Source: Candidatus Fermentibacteraceae bacterium
Lineage (GTDB): Bacteria; Fermentibacterota; Fermentibacteria; Fermentibacterales; JCC-6
Assembly (NCBI GenBank): GCA_041750285.1
Contig: JBGSZS010000005.1
Location: 30,353-94,352 of the forward strand
Length of the DNA stretch: 64,000 nucleotides
Reading direction: 5' to 3'
Shown one piece after another: positions 37,573-47,123 of the stretch. The notes beneath the pieces are model-generated. The model was not told where the DNA came from. It saw only the letters and a program-made list of their open reading frames with translations, and ran no database searches. How positions within the stretch are numbered: position 1 is the first letter of the stretch; every line of letters begins with the position of its first letter. Position numbers and translations under genes: made by a program.

Positions 37573-38351
37573 GTCGGGGTCCCCGGAACACCCACACCGG
37601 AAGCGTCCTTGTCTCCCCTGGGTTCGGCTTCCTCCACCATGTCCAGTATCCTCCTGGCTTCGTCCTGCGTCATCTCACCATCGGCGGGCGGCGGAGGCTG
37701 ATGGGTGTCCTGATCCTGATCCTGATCCTGATCCTGGTTCTGGTCCTGATTCTGATCCTGGTTCTGGTCCTGATCCTGGTTCTGGTCCTGATTCTGGTCC
37801 TGGTCCTGGTCCTGGTTCTGATCCTGGTTCTGGTCCTGATTCTGATCCTGGTCCTGATCCTGGTCCTGATCCTGGTTCTGATCCTGGTTCTGCTGCGATT
37901 CATCCGGCGGAGGGGGTTCCTGGCTTTCCAGCCACCTGAGGGCGACCTCGTAGTTGTGGCGCATGAGGGAGTCGGCCGTGGCGGAGGCCACGCGTGGCAG
38001 AAGCACGTTCAACTGGCTCTCCACGCCCGCGTAGTCCTGTTCGGAGATCGCCCTGCCCAGGGCGGCTGAAACACCTGCGTTGAAGAGCGAATCGCCACCA
38101 AGGCCATCCCATCCCGAAAGCCCGGTCAGAATGGTGTCGGCCCTGCCCCACATCTCCATTTCACCGGAAAGTGCCGCCAGGTTGTAGAGGGCCCTCGGTT
38201 CATGGGGCATGCGCTCTGCCATCTCGGCGAAAAGGGAGACTGCTGCCTCACGGTCACCCGATGACCAGAGTTCGAGGGCTTCGGTGTAGAGCCCCAGCAG
38301 GGGCCTCTCTCCCGGTGCCTGAAGAAGCGATATCAGAAGGATCAGCATCAC
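37566..38351 (-). CDS. BatC-like TPR protein with Q-D/Q-N tract
   Basis: TPR (ALYNLA, HNYEVAL), low-complexity tract, MTQDEARRILDMV and terminal W; position between batB and batD. Confidence 0.75.
   Translation of the reverse strand: MMLILLISLLQAPGERPLLGLYTEALELWSSGDREAAVSLFAEMAERMPHEPRALYNLAALSGEMEMWGRADTILTGLSGWDGLGGDSLFNAGVSAALGRAISEQDYAGVESQLNVLLPRVASATADSLMRHNYEVALRWLESQEPPPPDESQQNQDQNQDQDQDQDQDQNQDQNQDQNQDQDQDQNQDQNQDQDQNQDQNQDQNQDQDQDQDQDTHQPPPPADGEMTQDEARRILDMVEEAEPRGDKDASGVGVPGTPTW
37707..37895 (-). repeat. Coding 6-bp tandem repeat (CAG GAY / CAG AAY; QD/QN about 31 times)
   Basis: tcctga/tcctgg/ttctgg/ttctga hexamers in tandem. Confidence 0.95.
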
Positions 38352-39328
38352 AGCCCCCTCCTCTCCAGCACCAGGGCAGCCGAGAACAGAAGCAGCGCCG
38401 CTCCCAGGAAGAGCTGGTAGCGCCTTCCCGGGCCGATGTTTGCGGACTGGAGCCTGGCATCGCGGGAACTCATTTCCAGAAGGCGTTTTACGGGATCAGA
38501 CAGGTCCCCGGCCTCGGATATGCGTGTGTAAAAGCCCCCCGTGCCTTCGGCCAGGCGGATCAGGGGTTCCTCTTCGAGCACCGTTCTGACCGTGTCGCCC
38601 TCGAAGACGATCACCCCTCCCCTGCCGTCGGGAACCGGCACCGGCGTGTCGCCACCCACTCCCACCGTAACGAGCGCCATTCCACGGCTCGCTGCGGTCT
38701 CGATGGAAAGCTCGGTGCCTAGGTCGTGAAAGCCGCCGTCGCTGAAGATGATGCCGACACGCGATTCGAGGTCTTCGCCCGGAAGGGCGTCAGCCATGAC
38801 CGAAACAAGGTTGCCCATCGAGGTTCCCGCGGGCAGGAACACCGGCTCGTCGCTGTTCATGGGAATGCGGCTGTAAAGGAAATCGGCATCGAGCGTGATC
38901 GGCACCGCCAGCCTGGACTGCCCGCTGAACAGAACGAGACTGAAGCGGGTGTCGGGCATGGCGCCCACGAGCCTCCTTATCTCGGAGGCGGCCCTTCCAA
39001 GCCTGGTGGGGGCCTCGTCGTCGCACGCCATCGACCTGCTCACGTCCAGGGCGATTGCCACGTTCCTTCCGCCCGCTGGCAGGAAGGCCTCATCCCTTCC
39101 CCAGGTCGGTCCCGCAAGGGCGAACACGGCAAAAAGCAGCCCGGCTGTCCAGAGCCATCGCGTGAGAAGACGGCGGGGCGGCGGTTCGATGCCGACCCGT
39201 TCCCATAGGACGGGCCGGACGAACCTTCTGAGCCGTTCGTCCTCGTCGGCGAGCCAGACCGTACGCAACCAGTGCCACACCGGGGCGATGACCAGCATGA
39301 GAAGCAGAAAGGGCCTTTCGAAGGTCAT
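38348..39328 (-). CDS. batB: VWA domain protein, BatB-like
   Basis: MTFERP, ALAGPTWG, MIDAS DVSRSM, PTRL..A, P.T.D, FSDG. Confidence 0.85.
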   Translation of the reverse strand: MTFERPFLLLMLVIAPVWHWLRTVWLADEDERLRRFVRPVLWERVGIEPPPRRLLTRWLWTAGLLFAVFALAGPTWGRDEAFLPAGGRNVAIALDVSRSMACDDEAPTRLGRAASEIRRLVGAMPDTRFSLVLFSGQSRLAVPITLDADFLYSRIPMNSDEPVFLPAGTSMGNLVSVMADALPGEDLESRVGIIFSDGGFHDLGTELSIETAASRGMALVTVGVGGDTPVPVPDGRGGVIVFEGDTVRTVLEEEPLIRLAEGTGGFYTRISEAGDLSDPVKRLLEMSSRDARLQSANIGPGRRYQLFLGAALLLFSAALVLERRGL

Positions 39329-40260
39329 TCCCCTCCTCCTATGGTTTTCAGCGCCCGCCATTTCAGGAACATTCCGAATAGAAGCAGTATCAGCCCCGCC
39401 CAGAACCACCCGAGATACCTGTCGATGTAGATGAAGAGCCCCTCGGGCGGGAGAGTCGAGGCCTCGAGTGAATCGATCGAGTCGTAAACCTCGGACAGGT
39501 CCGAGGACGAGTAGGCGTCGAAGAGCCTGCCGTTGTTGATGGCCGCTATGCTTGCAAGGGTTTCACGGTCGACGCCGTAGGCATCCTGCTCGGTCCCGAT
39601 CGCAACGGTGTAAACCGCTATGCTGTCTCCGTGAAGTGTGTGAACCGCGTTGGCCACCGTGATTGGGTCGACCCTTCCTGCGGTCTCCATACCGTCGCTG
39701 AGAAGGACGATGACCCTTCTCGAGGTGGCCGACCCGCCAAGCCCCCGGGCGGCTGCGGCAAGCCCGGCCCCTATGGCGGTTCCATCCTGCAGATGGCCGA
39801 TGGCCGCCCTTTCCACGAATCTGCAGAGCGTTCCGTGGTCAAAGGTGGGAGGGCAGATTACGAGCGGCTCGGCTGCGTAGATGGTGAGCCCTATCCTGTC
39901 GTTGGGTCTGCCCGCGATGAACTCGAGAGCCGCGTCCTTGGCTGCCGCGAGCCTCGTTGGCCTGAAGTCTTCCGCCAGCATGCTGGTGGACACGTCGAGG
40001 GTTATCACGATGTCCAGCCCCTCGGTCGCGTCGGGCAGCCTCTCGTAGCCGTACTGCGGTCTTGCGAGCGCTATGAACAGGCATAGCACGCCCGACCAGA
40101 CTACCAGCGAAGCCATCCCCGAAGACGCGCCTTTCCCCTCGATCCCGGTGAAGGGGCCGGTGAAGACGACGCTCTTCTCCTTCCTGACCCTTGTCAGAGA
40201 GCAGACCAGCAGAAGGAGCGGAAAGCCCAGAAGGGCCGGCCAGAAGTGGAAGCCCGTCAA
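39325..40260 (-). CDS. batA: VWA domain protein, BatA-like
   Basis: IALARPQ, DVSTSMLAEDF.PTRL.AAK, RPNDRIGL, GTAIG, LLSDG, IDSLE. Confidence 0.88.
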   Translation of the reverse strand: MTGFHFWPALLGFPLLLLVCSLTRVRKEKSVVFTGPFTGIEGKGASSGMASLVVWSGVLCLFIALARPQYGYERLPDATEGLDIVITLDVSTSMLAEDFRPTRLAAAKDAALEFIAGRPNDRIGLTIYAAEPLVICPPTFDHGTLCRFVERAAIGHLQDGTAIGAGLAAAARGLGGSATSRRVIVLLSDGMETAGRVDPITVANAVHTLHGDSIAVYTVAIGTEQDAYGVDRETLASIAAINNGRLFDAYSSSDLSEVYDSIDSLEASTLPPEGLFIYIDRYLGWFWAGLILLLFGMFLKWRALKTIGGGE

Positions 40261-41078
40261 GATTCCCTCCGGGTGAGTTCGGCGAGAAGCTCGACGAAGC
40301 CCCTGCTCTTCTCCCTGCTGCTTCCCCTGTTGGCGTAGATCTGAAGCACTATCTCCCGCATGAGGGGTCTGGCCTTTTCGACGAACCTGCAGGCGCCCTT
40401 CTCGCGTGAAAGCTGCCTCTCCATCTGGTACAGGGTGAGCGCCGGGTTGCCAAACCCGTACCTTGAGGCCACCAGGGCTCTGAAGATGCCCTCCATCTGT
40501 GCGTAAAGGGCTTTCCAGTCACCGTGGACGAAGGCGTCACCCTCCAGCAGTGACAACACCTTCCTGTCCATGGGAAGGTCCTCACGTTCGGTGGGTCCCT
40601 GCCCTGCCTCGCTCCCCCTCCGCCTCCGCACGATGAACCATGCGGCGGCTGCGGCCAGAAGGATGAAGCCCCCGGTGACGACCAGCCACGGGAAACCCGG
40701 AGGCCCCCCCCAGGAGAGCCAGAACGCCCGCAGACGCAGGTAGTCCAGCGGAAAGCCCGGCGGGATGTTCATGGGTGCCGGGGCCGGCGCGAAGGCTGGC
40801 GCAAGGGCCGAGTCGGGTATCATGGGGGTGACGGCGAGCACGGGCCCCGGAAGGTACAGCGTGTCGCCGTCAAGGAATGCCGGCAGTTCCGGCAGCGGAA
40901 TGGTGTCGAGTTGGAGGGGAACGACCGTGATGTTTCCGCCGTCCGCCCCCACCACTGAAAAAGCCTCCCCCGGCGGCAGTTCCCCGGCCTCGTAGCCGGG
41001 CGGAAGACCGTAGTCCACAGTATATGGAAGCCCCAGAGGCACTTCCAGAGCCATGAGCACTACGCCAAGAAGAAGCAT
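40257..41078 (-). CDS. Bat-operon membrane protein (hypothetical)
   Basis: Short signal peptide, TM helix followed by RRRR and a helical tail; typical position between DUF58 and batA. Confidence 0.65.
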   Translation of the reverse strand: MLLLGVVLMALEVPLGLPYTVDYGLPPGYEAGELPPGEAFSVVGADGGNITVVPLQLDTIPLPELPAFLDGDTLYLPGPVLAVTPMIPDSALAPAFAPAPAPMNIPPGFPLDYLRLRAFWLSWGGPPGFPWLVVTGGFILLAAAAAWFIVRRRRGSEAGQGPTEREDLPMDRKVLSLLEGDAFVHGDWKALYAQMEGIFRALVASRYGFGNPALTLYQMERQLSREKGACRFVEKARPLMREIVLQIYANRGSSREKSRGFVELLAELTRRES

Positions 41079-41965
41079 CAGTGCCTTCTCCTTCTCTTCC
41101 GTACCGAGAAGAACCTTCTCAGGGGAAGGACGAGGTCGTCGGCCGTCGATATGCTCACAAGGTCAAGCCTGGCGGTTCTGCACAGGGCCTCGCGTGCGGC
41201 CGAGCGGGCCTGGACGGCCCTGTTGAACTCGTCCTGCCAGCGCCTTGAACCGGTGTCGGCAACCCTCTCCGCGCCGGTCTCGGGGTCGCGGAAGCGGATC
41301 CTGCCCACGGGGGGGACCCTCGTCTCCCGCGGGTCGAAAACGTGTATCCCCACCAGGTCATGCCTTGCGGAGAATGACCTGAGGAGCTTCAGCGAGTTGT
41401 CATCGTACCTGAAGTCGCTTATCAGGAAGACCAGCGCGCGCCTCTTCAGGACCCTGCCCAGAAAGGTCAGGGCCGTGTTCACGTCGGCCTTCTCCCTGTG
41501 ATCTGACGCCTCGAGAACCGTCTTGATTATGCCCAGTGCGTGGGAGCGGCCCTTGTCCGGGGGGATGTAGTCGTGAACCCTGTTGCTGAACGAGAGCATC
41601 CCCACCCTGTCATTGCTTCTCACGGCGGAAAGCGCGAGCAAAGCGGCGGTCTCGGCCACGCGGTCGGCCTTGGTGAGGCTCACGGAACCGAAATTGAGGC
41701 TGCCCGACACATCCACGAGAAGAACGACGAGCAGTTCCCTCTCCTCGGCGAGGATCCTCACGTGGGGGTGGCTGCTCCTTGCGGTGACATTCCAGTCGAT
41801 GAGCCTGGGATCGTCACCTTCGGAGTAGCGCCGGAACTCGCAGAATTCCATGCCCTGCCCGCGGAAGATCGAGCGGTAATCACCCCCGATGAGCTGCTCC
41901 ACGAGCTTGCGGGTGTGTATCTCGATGCGCCGGACCCGGCGGAAAAGGCTGTGGGTGGCTTCCAT
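41078..41965 (-). CDS. DUF58 VWA-like protein
   Basis: VRRIEIHT, G.Y.S.F.GQGMEF, GDDPRLIDWNVTAR, EERE, DVSGS, FLISDF. Confidence 0.92.
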   Translation of the reverse strand: MEATHSLFRRVRRIEIHTRKLVEQLIGGDYRSIFRGQGMEFCEFRRYSEGDDPRLIDWNVTARSSHPHVRILAEERELLVVLLVDVSGSLNFGSVSLTKADRVAETAALLALSAVRSNDRVGMLSFSNRVHDYIPPDKGRSHALGIIKTVLEASDHREKADVNTALTFLGRVLKRRALVFLISDFRYDDNSLKLLRSFSARHDLVGIHVFDPRETRVPPVGRIRFRDPETGAERVADTGSRRWQDEFNRAVQARSAAREALCRTARLDLVSISTADDLVLPLRRFFSVRKRRRRH

Positions 41966-41966
41966 C

Positions 41967-42971
41967 TTACCTGGCGCCCACGGGCACCTTGTCCAGAATG
42001 GTCCTGATGATCTGCTCCACCCCGACCTGCTCGGCCTCGGCTTCGAACGAGCGGATGATCCGGTGGCGAAGTACTGCCGGAGCGACCTCCTTGATGAGGT
42101 CGGGGGTGACGAAGGCCTGCCCCGCCAGCACGGCGAGGGCGCGTGCACCCGCTATCAGGGCCAGGCTGCCCCTGGGGCTTGCTCCGACGGTTATCAGCGT
42201 CTCGAGGTCCTTCAGTCTGGCCTGCTTCGGGTTGCGTGTGGCATCCACCAGACGCACCGCGTAATCAAGGGCTTCGGGTTCGACGATAATGCTTTTCACT
42301 GTGTTCTGAAGCTCGGTCACGTCCTGCGGGGTCAGAACCGGTTGTGCGGGGGGCACCCCGAATCCGCCCATCCTCTGGAGGATCAGCTTCTCCTCCTCGA
42401 GGGTGGGGTAGTCCACCCTGAGCTTCATGAGGAACCGGTCCACCTGTGCCTCGGGCAGGGGGTACGTGCCCTCCTGTTCAATGGGGTTCTGGGTGGCCAT
42501 GACGAAGAACGGTTTGGGCAGCGGATGGGTCGTTCCCCCGAAGGTCACCTGGCGTTCCTGCATGGCTTCCAGAAGGGCGCTCTGTACCTTGGCGGGCGCC
42601 CTGTTTATCTCGTCGGCCAGTATGAGCTGGGCGAAGATGGGTCCCTTCCGTTCAACGAAGGAGCCCGTGTTCTGCTGATAGATCAATGTGCCGGTGATGT
42701 CCGCCGGCATAAGGTCGGGCGTGAACTGGATCCTCTGGAAGGTTCCGCTGATGCAGCGGGAGAGGGTGTAGGCGGCAAGCGTCTTCGCGAGCCCCGGCAC
42801 GCCTTCGATCAGGACGTGACCGTCGCACAGGAGGGCAGTGAGAAGCCCTGTTCTCAGTTCCTCCTGTCCCACCACCACCCGGGAAAACTCTTCGGTCACC
42901 CTGCCGAGTCTTTCCCCCGCAGCGGCGACCATGCTTTCGATTTCAGCCATGGATCTACTGGTACTGGACAT
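41967..42971 (-). CDS. MoxR-family AAA+ ATPase
   Basis: GHVLIEGVPGLAKT, RIQFTPDLMPADITG, DEINRAPAKVQSALLEAM, ATQNPIEQEGTYPLPEAQVDRF. Confidence 0.96.
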   Translation of the reverse strand: MSSTSRSMAEIESMVAAAGERLGRVTEEFSRVVVGQEELRTGLLTALLCDGHVLIEGVPGLAKTLAAYTLSRCISGTFQRIQFTPDLMPADITGTLIYQQNTGSFVERKGPIFAQLILADEINRAPAKVQSALLEAMQERQVTFGGTTHPLPKPFFVMATQNPIEQEGTYPLPEAQVDRFLMKLRVDYPTLEEEKLILQRMGGFGVPPAQPVLTPQDVTELQNTVKSIIVEPEALDYAVRLVDATRNPKQARLKDLETLITVGASPRGSLALIAGARALAVLAGQAFVTPDLIKEVAPAVLRHRIIRSFEAEAEQVGVEQIIRTILDKVPVGAR

Positions 42972-44316
42972 TGCAGCCCCCTCCGGCTTCACGGATGACA
43001 TCTCTCACATAACGCTCATACTCCGCGAGCTGATCTTCGGTTTCAGCCTCGAACCTCATCACGAGAACGGGTTGAGTGTTCGAAGCCCTCACCAGTCCCC
43101 AGCCCGCGGGGAAGTTTATCCTGATGCCGTCGATGGTGGAATAGTCGGCGCCCCTGGCCTTAAGTATCCGGCCCGCCTCCCCCACTATCGCGAACTTGAC
43201 GCTGTCGGGGCAGTCCTCACGGATCTCGGGGGTCGTGAAGGTCTTGGGGAGATGCTCCGTAAGCGAGGAAACCGGACCGGGAGCCCGGCAGGCGGTCTCA
43301 AGGAACCTCAGGGCCGCGTACAGGGCGTCGTCGTACCCGAAATACCTGTCCCGGAAGAATATGTGCCCGCTCATCTCACCCGCGAGAAGTGCGTTCTTTT
43401 CCGACATGGCTTCCTTGATAATGCTGTGACCGGTGGGAACCATCAGGGGTTTGCCCCCCAGCCTCTCCACCTCGCTGAAGAAGGTCCCGGATGCCTTCAC
43501 CTCGCTTATGACGAGGGCACCGGGGTTCTCGGCAAGCACGCCTGCCGCAAGCACGCACAGTATCCTGTCACCATGGATGACACGGGCGTTCTCGTCAACG
43601 ATGCCCAGCCTGTCGGCGTCACCGTCAAAGGCGATTCCAAGGTCGGCCTTTTCCCGAAGCACCGTTTCACGGAGTTCGCGGAGGTTCTCCATCACGGTCG
43701 GGTCCGGGTGGTGGTTCGGGAAGGTTCCGTCCGGCTCGCAGTAAAGGGGAACGACCCGGTGGCCAAGCTCGCCAAGTATCGTGAGAGCGGTGTCGCCGCC
43801 CGTTCCGTTCCCGGCGTCCACAACGACTTTCAGTGACCGTCCGTGAGCGAATTCCGCCCTGAGCCGGTCAAGGTATCTTTCCCGCACGGAAACCCCGGTC
43901 ACGTCGGGCGTAACCGGCGTGAAACCGCAGAGTTCCATGCGGTCGCCGAGGGCCGATAGCTCGTCGCCCCAGACCCCGCGAAGCCCCTTCATTATCTTGA
44001 AGCCGTTGTACTCAGGAGGATTATGGCTGCCCGTTATCATCACGGTGACCGCGGGGGCAAGCTCGTACGCGGCGAAATAGGTCATCGGAGTTGTCTGGAC
44101 GCCGAGATCCAGGACCCTCGAGCCGGCGGAACACGCTCCCCGGGCCAGATCCCGGAAAAGGGCCGCCCCTGAAGGCCTGCAGTCACGACCGACGGCCACC
44201 GTCCCGCCTTCGGCCAGCTCCCCGAGCACGAAGCCGAGTCGTCCCACAGTGTCCGGTGTGAGGTCTTCCTTCACCAGCCCACGAATGTCGTACTTCCTCA
44301 CGATGTCACGGTTCAA
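42955..44316 (-). CDS. Phosphomannomutase/phosphoglucomutase
   Basis: YDIRG, TGSHNPPEYNGFK, FPNHHPDP, DGDADR, GEMSGH, RASNTQP. Confidence 0.95.
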   Translation of the reverse strand: MNRDIVRKYDIRGLVKEDLTPDTVGRLGFVLGELAEGGTVAVGRDCRPSGAALFRDLARGACSAGSRVLDLGVQTTPMTYFAAYELAPAVTVMITGSHNPPEYNGFKIMKGLRGVWGDELSALGDRMELCGFTPVTPDVTGVSVRERYLDRLRAEFAHGRSLKVVVDAGNGTGGDTALTILGELGHRVVPLYCEPDGTFPNHHPDPTVMENLRELRETVLREKADLGIAFDGDADRLGIVDENARVIHGDRILCVLAAGVLAENPGALVISEVKASGTFFSEVERLGGKPLMVPTGHSIIKEAMSEKNALLAGEMSGHIFFRDRYFGYDDALYAALRFLETACRAPGPVSSLTEHLPKTFTTPEIREDCPDSVKFAIVGEAGRILKARGADYSTIDGIRINFPAGWGLVRASNTQPVLVMRFEAETEDQLAEYERYVRDVIREAGGGCNVQYQ

Positions 44317-45092
44317 GTCTTTCCGCCTTCCGCCAGGGGAAGGCTCATGGAAAGCGATCCCCTCTCGTGGTCTTCGTTAAGCCAGCCCCCGAGCGAAGTC
44401 AGGATGAGCCTGGCCATCCCGGTTCCAAGAATGGATTCCTTCACCCCGGGATTCGTGTTGTCGTAGGAGATGGTCAGACATGCTACCAGATCCTCGGCGG
44501 TCAGTGTCACGGAGATCACCGAGCCGGGTGAAACACGCCTCAGAGCCTCTCTGAGAAGGTTGTCTACTGCCTCGGAAAGGCGGTCTGCGGAAGCCCTGAC
44601 GAAAATGCCGGGGTCGAGGCTGACAGCCAGGGAAATGCTGTTTCCGCTGGCGTCATCCATCACTTTCTGAACCGATTCGATCGCCACCATGTCAAACTCC
44701 ACGAGGGGCAGTTCATCGAGCACGGGGTCCTCATCGCCACGCGCGGCCATCTCCTCGAACATCCCAAGGATGCTGGTTATCGAGGCGATCTCGCCCGAAA
44801 GGTCGGAAAGGCTCTTCCTGATCTCTTTGGGAAGGTCGGTCCCCTGTTCCCTGAGCCTGTCGGCGGCTTCGGAAGCCGTCTGAAGGGGAAGGGAAAGCGC
44901 TTCACCGACACGGCTCAGGAGCCGGGTCTTCAGAAGCTCCAGCGAGGCGAGTTCACGGGCCAGCTCCTCGTTGCGGTCCTGAAGCCTCGTTATCGTTTTG
45001 CGCGCCCTGTCATCACGCCTGTGAAGGAAGCCCAGTGCGAAAAGCACCAGAGCCAGGATGAGGGCGGCGAATGGTGTGGGTATTCCGTTCAT
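44313..45092 (-). CDS. Degenerate histidine-kinase-like membrane protein
   Basis: TM helix, coiled coil, HisKA-like helix with no His (SRVGEALSLPL), N-box-like AVDNLLREA, remnant G2 ILGTGMARLIL...GG. Confidence 0.6.
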   Translation of the reverse strand: MNGIPTPFAALILALVLFALGFLHRRDDRARKTITRLQDRNEELARELASLELLKTRLLSRVGEALSLPLQTASEAADRLREQGTDLPKEIRKSLSDLSGEIASITSILGMFEEMAARGDEDPVLDELPLVEFDMVAIESVQKVMDDASGNSISLAVSLDPGIFVRASADRLSEAVDNLLREALRRVSPGSVISVTLTAEDLVACLTISYDNTNPGVKESILGTGMARLILTSLGGWLNEDHERGSLSMSLPLAEGGKT

Positions 45093-45131
45093 GGGCGCCG
45101 GTCCATCCTTGTCATGGCTGGATTTGGCTCA

Positions 45132-47123
45132 TCACTCCAGTGAGAGCGCTCTGGAAAGCACGGGGTCGAGGGCCGCAGCGGCATCGAGCTCGGCGGCGGC
45201 GTGGCTGTCGCGGCCGGTGAAGGAATAGACCTTCGCGAGGTTTACGTGAAACCCCACCATTGACCGCCTGTCGCCGCCCGCCAGGGCCATTCCCTTGCGG
45301 AAGTGGTCTTCAGCCTCGTCGTAGCGCTGCATGCTGAAGGCGCACCTTCCAAGCATCTCCCGGGCGCGAAGCCTGAAGTCGGGGCTCGTCAGCACCTTTT
45401 CGAACTCGGACACGGCCTCGCGGAAGAGCCCCATCTCCATGTAGGCTATGCCAAGGTCGAAGTGGGTCTTGTAGTCTTCGGCGGGGATGTACGCGTTCAC
45501 GCCCTCCTTGAACTCCCTGATCATCCCGGCCAGGAAGCCCTTCGAGGAATCTGTCTTGACCCGCTCGATGTCGTCGAGGATCTCGGCCATGTCGGCGAGG
45601 TTGCGATGGTCTTTGTAGTCGGGGCAGATGCCCGTCATGAGGTTTCTGGCGTCGGTGTAGGCCGGATCGACCTCGAGGGCCGTCTGGAGGGCCGCCATGG
45701 CCTCGTAGTTGCTTCCGTTGAGCAGGTAGGCCACGGCAAGCCTGTAGAACGCCCTGGCCTGACCGCTGCTGCCTATGGTGTGCCTTATGCGGATGAGCTC
45801 CTTGGCTGCCGAGAGCGACTCGGGGCAGATGTCGAGAACGCCCTCGAGAAGTTCGAAGACCATGTAGTCGCGGTCTTCGTTCCGGTATATCTCGGCGGCC
45901 TGAAGGTAGGCGCTAACGGCTCCGTAAAAGTCGCCCACGTCGAGGAGGAGGTTGGCCATTTCGACATGACCCAGGGCGTCGGAGGGGTTCCTGGCAAGGT
46001 TTGCCCTTATGTCGGCTACCTGCCTTGAAAGGGCCTCACGCACCTGACGAACCGACACGAGCCCCATGGCAACGAGCACATCGCCCAGCCTGGCCTCGCG
46101 CATGTCGGCGGTCTGCCTTTCCAGGGCCCTCAGAACGTCTCCAGCCTTCAGAAGACCGCTGGCCACGAAGTACTCGCCTATCCGCCTCGGGCCTTCGGCG
46201 AGGACCTTCTCGAAGGGGGTTTCCCTGTCGGGATCGGGGTTTATCCCTATTATCTCCTCGACGACCTTGCGCTCCTGCTCCACCTGTTCGCTCGTGCCGA
46301 AGTCGGCTTCGCTGAAATCCAGGGATTCGAGAAGGTTCTCCTCGGATAATGGTTCGGGTTCGGGTTCGGGCTCGGGTTCGGGAACGGGTTTGGCCCTGGG
46401 TTTCACCCTGGGTTCGGGCACGGGTTCGGGCACGGGCGCGGGGGCGGGTGCCGGCCTTGTCTTCCTGGGAACGGGAGCGGCGGTTTTCGCTGGAGCCTTC
46501 TCGGCCCTTGTGGCGGCGGCTGACTCGAGACTGTTCCTGATCTGGTTCTTCCTGAGCGTGGTGAGCATCTGGTGCATCTTCGAGTGCTGGGGAATGTCAC
46601 GCTCGAGGGCCAGCCCAACCGCGTAGTCGAGGAAGGCCTCGTTCTTCTGCTTGTACGCCGTTTTTGCCAGAAGGAGAACCCATTTGTCCTCATCGGGATC
46701 GAGGGTGGTGAGCGCCCTCAGGACCTCACCGACGGACTCTTCAGTTTTGCCGCCCTCGATGGAGAGGAACTTTACGAACTCCTTGCGGGCCTGGTCGGCC
46801 TTGTCCTGCGCCTGGTAGCACTTGCCCATCAGATAGTGGGCCTGGGCGATCTCTTCCGAAGCCCGCAGGATCTTCCTGCATACGGAAAGGGCCACCATGT
46901 GAAGCCCTTCACTGTAGTAGAGCTCGGCGCTCGTCAGAAAGTGTGACAGCGCTTCCGATTCCGAATGCGTCTTCAGAAGGATGTCCCCCACCTTGTTGTG
47001 AACGCTGGCATCGGTGGGGTCCGATTCCAGGATGAGGGTGAAAGCCCTCAGGGCGCTGTCCAGCTTGCCCTTCTGAACAAGATCATGAGCCTTTTTCTTC
47101 AGTACTTCCACAGTCTCGTTCAC
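45132..47123 (-). CDS. TPR protein with MshEN-like domain (SgmX-like architecture)
   Basis: N-terminal TPRs, PE/PA linker, RIGEYF...GLL.....ALERQ and RLGDVL...GLV......ALSRQ, C-terminal THFDLGIAYMEMGL TPRs. Confidence 0.7.
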   Translation of the reverse strand: MNETVEVLKKKAHDLVQKGKLDSALRAFTLILESDPTDASVHNKVGDILLKTHSESEALSHFLTSAELYYSEGLHMVALSVCRKILRASEEIAQAHYLMGKCYQAQDKADQARKEFVKFLSIEGGKTEESVGEVLRALTTLDPDEDKWVLLLAKTAYKQKNEAFLDYAVGLALERDIPQHSKMHQMLTTLRKNQIRNSLESAAATRAEKAPAKTAAPVPRKTRPAPAPAPVPEPVPEPRVKPRAKPVPEPEPEPEPEPLSEENLLESLDFSEADFGTSEQVEQERKVVEEIIGINPDPDRETPFEKVLAEGPRRIGEYFVASGLLKAGDVLRALERQTADMREARLGDVLVAMGLVSVRQVREALSRQVADIRANLARNPSDALGHVEMANLLLDVGDFYGAVSAYLQAAEIYRNEDRDYMVFELLEGVLDICPESLSAAKELIRIRHTIGSSGQARAFYRLAVAYLLNGSNYEAMAALQTALEVDPAYTDARNLMTGICPDYKDHRNLADMAEILDDIERVKTDSSKGFLAGMIREFKEGVNAYIPAEDYKTHFDLGIAYMEMGLFREAVSEFEKVLTSPDFRLRAREMLGRCAFSMQRYDEAEDHFRKGMALAGGDRRSMVGFHVNLAKVYSFTGRDSHAAAELDAAAALDPVLSRALSLE

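Noticed and set aside
37533..38069. ORFs with poly-LI/LV, DP or RT repeats
   Set aside because: Alternative frames of the QD/QN tract in the BatC-like gene
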